Source: an uncultured Gammaproteobacteria bacterium (lineage in GTDB: Bacteria > Patescibacteriota > Microgenomatia > Levybacterales > UBA12049). From it: 64,000 nucleotides of DNA. A program made the translations under genes and the position numbers. Of this stretch, positions 58,573-64,000 are shown one piece after another. The notes below the pieces were generated by a model that worked only from the letters and a program-made list of their open reading frames with translations, ran no database searches and had not been told where the DNA came from. Within the stretch, counting starts at the first letter, position 1; each line of letters starts with the position of its first letter. Location of the stretch: positions 64,185 through 128,184 of the forward strand of contig CAYYSJ010000004.1 in assembly GCA_964474445.1 (NCBI GenBank). Reading direction: 5' to 3'.

Positions 58573-59463
58573 ATGAGCATTTCTGAAAGAACGCGGAGTC
58601 AACTTATCCTTAAGGCAGATGATTATGGGAATATGCCTGAAGGAAATGACGGGATAAATGATTTAGTCAGAAGAGGTCTTCTTACCAATGTAGGCGTTAT
58701 GATCACTTTCGCAGGAGAGAAAGAGAGGGACGATTTACTCAGAGCAATTAGAGAATCTCCTAACAAAGATCTTGTTGGTATTGTTTTGCATGTAAATTTT
58801 CAAACTGGGCGGCCACTGTCTAAGCCAAAAGATGTCCCGTCGTTGGTTGGTGAAGATGGGCTTTTTAAGCGTCCCGAACCAACCCGTGAAGCATGGGATA
58901 GATACGCAAAGCAAATTAATCCGCAAGATGCAGAAAGAGAATTGGAAGCTCAGATACAAAGGTTTCGGGAGTTGTTTGGTCACAATCCTGATGCCTTAGA
59001 TTCTCATAACGTCATCTTGGCAGTAGAACCTGTCGCAGAGATTGCAATGCGAAAAGCAAAAGAGCTGGATATTCCGATAACATATCCCTATCTTTACACA
59101 GAAAAATATGATGGAGTATTAGGGACACAAGTTTTGCATACACAGCTACAAAGTGAATATAAAAGACGAGGAATACCAACTGCAGACCATGCATTCCCAA
59201 CATACTTTAATAGTATGAGTGATCCAATTGGTGAGATGGTACAAGCACTTGATACACTGCAACCTGGTGTTACACAGATTGTATTTCATCCTGTATCACC
59301 AGACTATCCCAGCATCCCAACTGATTCCCCAGAGCGATTTGGTAGAAGACTCATGGATTACAAAATATTGACTGATTCCCAAGTAGAAACCAGGGTAGAA
59401 GGTTTACGACGAAATGGACAACTGACAAGTTATAAAGAAATGAGAATAAGTCGCAGACATTAA
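58573..59463 (+). CDS. YdjC/ChbG family carbohydrate deacetylase
   Basis: ADDYG, LHVN, ELEAQI, LDSHN, FHP. Confidence 0.88.
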   Translation: MSISERTRSQLILKADDYGNMPEGNDGINDLVRRGLLTNVGVMITFAGEKERDDLLRAIRESPNKDLVGIVLHVNFQTGRPLSKPKDVPSLVGEDGLFKRPEPTREAWDRYAKQINPQDAERELEAQIQRFRELFGHNPDALDSHNVILAVEPVAEIAMRKAKELDIPITYPYLYTEKYDGVLGTQVLHTQLQSEYKRRGIPTADHAFPTYFNSMSDPIGEMVQALDTLQPGVTQIVFHPVSPDYPSIPTDSPERFGRRLMDYKILTDSQVETRVEGLRRNGQLTSYKEMRISRRH

Positions 59464-59561
59464 TTGTTTTTCAATAAAGAGCTAATTAAACTATGTAGCT
59501 CAGCAGGTCCTGTGTAGCTTTATTAGAACGTATTACTCACTGTTTTGTTATAATTTAAGGA

Positions 59562-60968
59562 ATGCTGAGGGGTAACATTTCTTCAAAAAAGATTCTTTTA
59601 GACGCAAAGAAAATACTTACAGATAATCAATTTGTAACCCAATATAATAATAAAAAGTATAAAGGCATTTCTCCTTCAAGTGAATATTATTATCATGCAT
59701 GGTTTTGGGATAGTGTGTTTCATGCAATGGCACTAGTGCATAGCGATCCAACATTAGCATTAGAGAATATAAAATTTCTAACTGATTCTCAATGGGAGAA
59801 TGGCCATATTGGTCATATTATCTATCGTTTTGAAGAACTACCATATTTCCCCGGGAAGACATTTTGGCATACAGAGGGAAAATCAAAGAGTGGCATTATC
59901 TCTTCAGGCATTATCCAGCCTCCAATTCTTGCAATTGGGTTACGGTATGTCTATGAGCATTTACACGATGAAACGTTAAGAAAGCAGTTTACCACATCGC
60001 TGGTCCCTGCAGTAGAGAAATATCATATTTATCTCAAAAATACTCATGATAGAGAAAACTCTGGTCTTATAAGCATTTTCCATCCCTGGTCCTCAGGAAG
60101 TGATAATGCAATTATTTTTGATCGACAAATGCGCGCAATTGCTCTCACAGATATTCCCCAACAAGTCTTTGAAGAGGTGAGAGACAAGCGAGTGGATAAT
60201 AAGGTAGGGGATAATGAGACAAGGCCACTTGAGGAAGACTACTATCGATTTCTCTATCTTGTTCATCTTGGTAATAAATTGGGATGGGACTATGAAAAGA
60301 TTCCTGATCATTTTCCATTTGCTGTGAAAGACGTTTCCGTCAATGGGTTGTGGTGTTTTGCAAATGAAGCATTAGGGCAACTCCTTGTTTCAGTGAACAG
60401 AGAAAAAGATGCAGAAAAGTATTTTACGTGGACAAAACAAACAAGACACGCGCTTCAGGAATGTTGGGACCAACAAAAGGGTGGCTTTACCAATGTCGAT
60501 GTCGTCAATGGAGGATGGATACAAGAATATTCTGAAAGCTTTGCAAATTTTATGCCATTTCTAACAGGAAACATACCATCATCTCAGCTGGAGAAATTGC
60601 TTGCCAAACTTGAAGACCCTAACCAATATTGGGTGAAGTATCCTGTTCCATCTGTCCCAATCAATCATCCACAATTTGAGTTGAAACGGTATTGGCGGGG
60701 TCCAACATGGCCAGCTATTAACTATTTTATTGTTTTTGGCTTACAAAAAATTTTACAAAACACCTCAGATGTCTATACAAAACAACAAAAAGAACGTATT
60801 GAGAGGGTAAGACAAACTCTTATCAAAAAAACGATGCAGATGATAGAGAAAGAAGGATTTTATGAAAATTTTATTCCTGCAAAGCCAACAGATGGCAAAA
60901 GCGGCAATGGATTTGCAAATTTTAGTTGGACAGCGGCTGTCTACATATTGCTTCATTATTGCTCTTGA
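59562..60968 (+). CDS. MGH1-like (GH63-related) glycoside hydrolase, glucosyl/mannosylglycerate hydrolase-like
   Basis: W.WDS.F, QPP, HPW.SG.DN, YWRGPTW, FYE.F, FSWTAA. Confidence 0.85.
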   Translation: MLRGNISSKKILLDAKKILTDNQFVTQYNNKKYKGISPSSEYYYHAWFWDSVFHAMALVHSDPTLALENIKFLTDSQWENGHIGHIIYRFEELPYFPGKTFWHTEGKSKSGIISSGIIQPPILAIGLRYVYEHLHDETLRKQFTTSLVPAVEKYHIYLKNTHDRENSGLISIFHPWSSGSDNAIIFDRQMRAIALTDIPQQVFEEVRDKRVDNKVGDNETRPLEEDYYRFLYLVHLGNKLGWDYEKIPDHFPFAVKDVSVNGLWCFANEALGQLLVSVNREKDAEKYFTWTKQTRHALQECWDQQKGGFTNVDVVNGGWIQEYSESFANFMPFLTGNIPSSQLEKLLAKLEDPNQYWVKYPVPSVPINHPQFELKRYWRGPTWPAINYFIVFGLQKILQNTSDVYTKQQKERIERVRQTLIKKTMQMIEKEGFYENFIPAKPTDGKSGNGFANFSWTAAVYILLHYCS

Positions 60969-61090
60969 GAGGTGAGACATGGAATGAGGAGCTGTAATCA
61001 GCAGACTTTCAGTAATGTTGTGAGAATATATTCTTTATATTTTTAAACACGTATTCTTTTGACATAAGGTGTGGCACAGTAAACTTGTCG

Positions 61091-61762
61091 TTATGATCTT
61101 CTTTTCTCTATGCTACGTGCTCCGATGCTAGGTTTTATCTCGACTCTCCAAGGTGTCAACATTCTAGTAAGTCTCCGTAAGTCAATAGCATGAAGGGAAG
61201 TTTGCAGAAAATATTTTGCGTTTTCTCGGTCGTAATAACCGTTTTCTCGTTTTGGTATTTCTGTCCAAGCAAGATAGGTAGCATCAGATATACCCAAATG
61301 TGTTATTCTTTTTGGGGAGCGATCATATAGTGAAGATGGTACTCCAAATTCAACTTCTGTAATTGAACCATCAGTAGCAATGTACGCAATATTAACATCT
61401 CTAGATAACATTGTTATAACACTTTGAGGACGTGTTAAAATTCCTGTCTCATTAGCTGTAGAACGAGTGAAAGCTGTAAGGTTAAAAGTTGCATTTGAGT
61501 CAGTATGAATTTTTAGATAGTCTTTAAGGTCAAGATGATCTTGGATTGCAATGGCACTTTGTATTTGAACAAGTCGTGCCTCAGGATATAAAGTTCGGAG
61601 CTGTTCTGCAGGTAACTTCTCGAGAGGAAGTTGCGTGACTCCCAGCTCTTGAAGTGTTCTCTCAACATGTCTTCTCAGTGCTGCTAGCTTTTCTACAGCC
61701 TCCATGTTGCCTTCTTGTGCAGCAGCAATAATTTGTCTTTCAAATTCATAATTAATTGCCAT
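61091..61762 (-). CDS. Hypothetical protein
   Basis: Start placed at MAINYEFER. Confidence 0.7.
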   Translation of the reverse strand: MAINYEFERQIIAAAQEGNMEAVEKLAALRRHVERTLQELGVTQLPLEKLPAEQLRTLYPEARLVQIQSAIAIQDHLDLKDYLKIHTDSNATFNLTAFTRSTANETGILTRPQSVITMLSRDVNIAYIATDGSITEVEFGVPSSLYDRSPKRITHLGISDATYLAWTEIPKRENGYYDRENAKYFLQTSLHAIDLRRLTRMLTPWRVEIKPSIGARSIEKRRS

Positions 61763-61914
61763 GAAGAATGGGTAACAAACTACAATTGTAGGCAAATAAA
61801 TATTAGGCAAGAAGAGCGTAATATGGTTTGTCTCCAGTTTTATAATGAACTTGATAACTATATCAAGTTATATCATCATCAGCCCTCAGTGTTAGTACCT
61901 TTTCTATAAATACA

Positions 61915-63027
61915 TCAAGCAACCTGAAAAGATGATGCTGGAAAGTCTTGTCTTCTTCTCTGATTGAGTTCGTTTTGCTCAACCAGCTCGTAGTAGAGTT
62001 GTTCATATTGATCTGCCATCCGGCTTGCATTGAAGTTGGTAATAGCATGTTCTCTGCATCGTTTTCTATCAATTGCATCAATTTTTTTTACTGCTTCAAC
62101 CATTTCATCTACTGTATCAACAACATATCCAGTTTCACCGTTTTTGATTATTTCAGGAATTGATCCTCTATTTCTTGCGATAACAGGGGCTCCACAGGCC
62201 ATTGCTTCAATTAAAACTAATCCAAAAGGCTCATTCCATGTATTAGGGTGAATCACTGCCTTTGCTCCCTTCATGAGCATATTACGCTCCTCTTCATTTA
62301 CTTCTCCTACCCATCGAGTTTGAGTACCATCTAATTCAGGCTCAATATATTCTTTAAAGTACGCTTGTGTATGAGGCAACTCATCTAGCTTTGCAGCAAT
62401 GACGAGCGGTATTCCTGCTCTTTTAGCAACTTCTATGGCAGTATCGACTCCTTTTTTCGGGTCAATTCTTCCAACAAAGAGAAGGTATTCTTGTGGGTCG
62501 GGTTTTTCTCCAAAAGGAAATTTTTCTAAATCAAGACCATTATAAATAGGGGGTGTTGTTATGCTCGGATAGTCTGCAACCTGTGCTTGTGAGATTGGTA
62601 CATATGTTGGATTACTAAATTCCTCATACATGTTTGCTCGCTCCTGAGTAACAAGAGTATGAAGAGTTGCAACAACAGGCGTATCTGACCCATGTGCAAT
62701 AGGGAGGCTTACATCTATTGCATGGTCGTGGATAACATCAAATCTGTCTTGCTGTCCATATGCACGAGAAATATTTTCCATATTCAAAACTGTTCTCTCG
62801 TCTCGGGGCTCCCGAATTGGATAGGGAGTAACAGATACGAGATTTGCAGATGTTTTTGAACCACCTGCTGCGAAAAGAGTTACTTCATGTCCCCGTGCAA
62901 CTAATTCCTCAGTGAGTGCGGAGACAACTCTTTCTGTGCCTCCATATTTTTGTGGGGGAACAGTCTCAGCTATCTGCACTAGCTGAGCGATTCTTAATTT
63001 CCTTGGACCATTTTCACTTAACAGCAT
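61915..63027 (-). CDS. Glycosyltransferase family 4 (paralog of 17833-18954)
   Basis: VPPQKYGGTE, NEPFGLVLIEA. Confidence 0.93.
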   Translation of the reverse strand: MLLSENGPRKLRIAQLVQIAETVPPQKYGGTERVVSALTEELVARGHEVTLFAAGGSKTSANLVSVTPYPIREPRDERTVLNMENISRAYGQQDRFDVIHDHAIDVSLPIAHGSDTPVVATLHTLVTQERANMYEEFSNPTYVPISQAQVADYPSITTPPIYNGLDLEKFPFGEKPDPQEYLLFVGRIDPKKGVDTAIEVAKRAGIPLVIAAKLDELPHTQAYFKEYIEPELDGTQTRWVGEVNEEERNMLMKGAKAVIHPNTWNEPFGLVLIEAMACGAPVIARNRGSIPEIIKNGETGYVVDTVDEMVEAVKKIDAIDRKRCREHAITNFNASRMADQYEQLYYELVEQNELNQRRRQDFPASSFQVA

Positions 63028-63145
63028 ATATAGAACGTAGGTAAAACTAATAGCTAGAGGGGAATTATAGTAAAACTGAGTTTTTAAATCAACCTATAGC
63101 AAGTGTGAATGGTCAGGGTATTACTTCACTTGTGTCTTATTAAGA

Positions 63146-63246
63146 GCAAAGGTTAATGTATAGGGTCTGTGAGTTGTCACACTAATGTTAGTTGGGACTT
63201 CAAGTATTTTAACTGATTTGGTTATACAGACCCTATGTAACTTTGC
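63146..63246 (+). other. Long intergenic hairpin (candidate ncRNA or MITE)
   Basis: Nested complementarity GCAAAG/CTTTGC, TATAGGGTCTGT/ACAGACCCTATG, TTAGTTGGGA/TTTTAACTGA. Confidence 0.55.
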
Positions 63247-63281
63247 GGGAACGTATTACTACAACTCTTTACGAGGAAGTT

Positions 63282-63851
63282 TTAAGAAACAGTATAGGAG
63301 ATTTCCTTTTCAAATACACCATTTGTATAAACTCTTACTCTATAGGTGCCTTTAGAATGAATTGCTCCTGGTTTGAGTGTCCAAGCAAAGCTTGAATTAG
63401 TAAGATTTGGTCTGGTTACTTTGAGTGCTCCGCTATCCAGAAGTTTATTATCCAAATACCTAATATATTCAAATTTAGTCCCCACTTTTGGGTTATTTAC
63501 TATCAAAACAAGATAGACTGTTTTCTGTGTTGGTATAAAAGTGTTTGCAGAAATTGTTGCATTACCAGTAGCATCCAGCGAGGAAGCAGTAATGACATTA
63601 GTCACTATCCCCATAGGTTTACTTCTTGCTAGTGTTGGTTTTAGCTGTGTCGTTGATTGCATAGAAGTGTTACTAGTTTTGTGTGCAGCAACATACAAAA
63701 CTCCAAGAAGGAGTATAAGTGTTACAAAACCGCCAAGAATATACCACATGAATTTGGATGATGACTGCGGTATTTCAGGAGTTGGCACTGGATTTTGTAC
63801 AGGAGCCACTGGTTCTGTTGGGGGTAATGTATTTGGTGTTGTACCTGGCAT
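63282..63851 (-). CDS. Membrane-anchored Ig-like domain protein (paralog of 46353-47039)
   Basis: TM; VYL...GT..EYIRY...W...G.YRV..YTNGV..K.ISY.V shared with the paralog. Confidence 0.8.
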   Translation of the reverse strand: MPGTTPNTLPPTEPVAPVQNPVPTPEIPQSSSKFMWYILGGFVTLILLLGVLYVAAHKTSNTSMQSTTQLKPTLARSKPMGIVTNVITASSLDATGNATISANTFIPTQKTVYLVLIVNNPKVGTKFEYIRYLDNKLLDSGALKVTRPNLTNSSFAWTLKPGAIHSKGTYRVRVYTNGVFEKEISYTVS

Positions 63852-63854
63852 AGG

Positions 63855-64000
63855 TTATCGATTAGTATTTTTGTCTTCTTGAGTATTATTAGTATTTTGC
63901 TGTGTGCCAGTTGGAGCACTACTGCTTGTTCCTGAGTTTGTGTCATCTTTCTTTTCGCCATCAGCGTTGCTTTTCTCTTGCATGCTGCCAACCCTATTGT
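63855..64000 (-). CDS. 3' end of a gene running off the window (low-complexity tail)
   Basis: Open frame ...QEKSNADGEKKDDTNSGTSSSAPTG...NTNR*, ending 3 nt before the next ATG. Confidence 0.5.
   Translation of the reverse strand, partial: NRVGSMQEKSNADGEKKDDTNSGTSSSAPTGTQQNTNNTQEDKNTNR

Noticed and set aside
61640-61762. Sigma factor suggested by IIAAAQEGNMEAVEKL
   Set aside because: No recognisable region 2 or region 4 HTH follows.
63100-63132. SRP RNA suggested by GGTCAGG
   Set aside because: No GNRA-capped helix or AGCAG partner strand.
63722-63991. 89-aa minus-strand ORF from the track
   Set aside because: Overlaps the 63851 gene out of frame; a different frame ending at 63855 fits better.
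1-64000. Alternative genetic code (UGA as Gly)
   Set aside because: Conserved genes such as mreB, secE and purF end at TGA at the expected lengths.

Overview
This window looks like a Patescibacteria (CPR) genome, most likely Microgenomates. The evidence is AT-rich DNA, genetic code 11, an N-terminally extended L1, many ORFans, and a sortase, DsbA-VKOR and PEGA gene set. Core genes present are argS, an M16 peptidase, ndk, mreB, tRNA-Pro(CGG), tRNA-Arg(CCU), secE-nusG-rplK-rplA, rplJ-rplL, galU, purF and dps. From about 31 to 64 kb there is an envelope and carbohydrate region with three CE4 deacetylases, PIG-L and YdjC deacetylases, LCP, an acyltransferase, glycoside hydrolases and a GT4. The strongest signals lie outside the ORF track. 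(1) A near-leaderless leader peptide MILNTVVCCCSFA with a full 1:2, 2:3, 3:4 attenuator sits upstream of a cysteine-free PIG-L amidase. (2) A transcriptional Arg T-box riboswitch with a miniature (~45 nt) Stem I precedes an MBL hydrolase and argS. (3) A P-type ATPase is split into two overlapping genes and carries PQGL instead of PEGL. (4) Many promoters sit only 6-9 nt from the start codon. (5) An unassigned ~100-nt hairpin lies near the right end. No CRISPR array, transposase or prophage was seen. All family assignments come from motif recognition by eye; no database searches were run.
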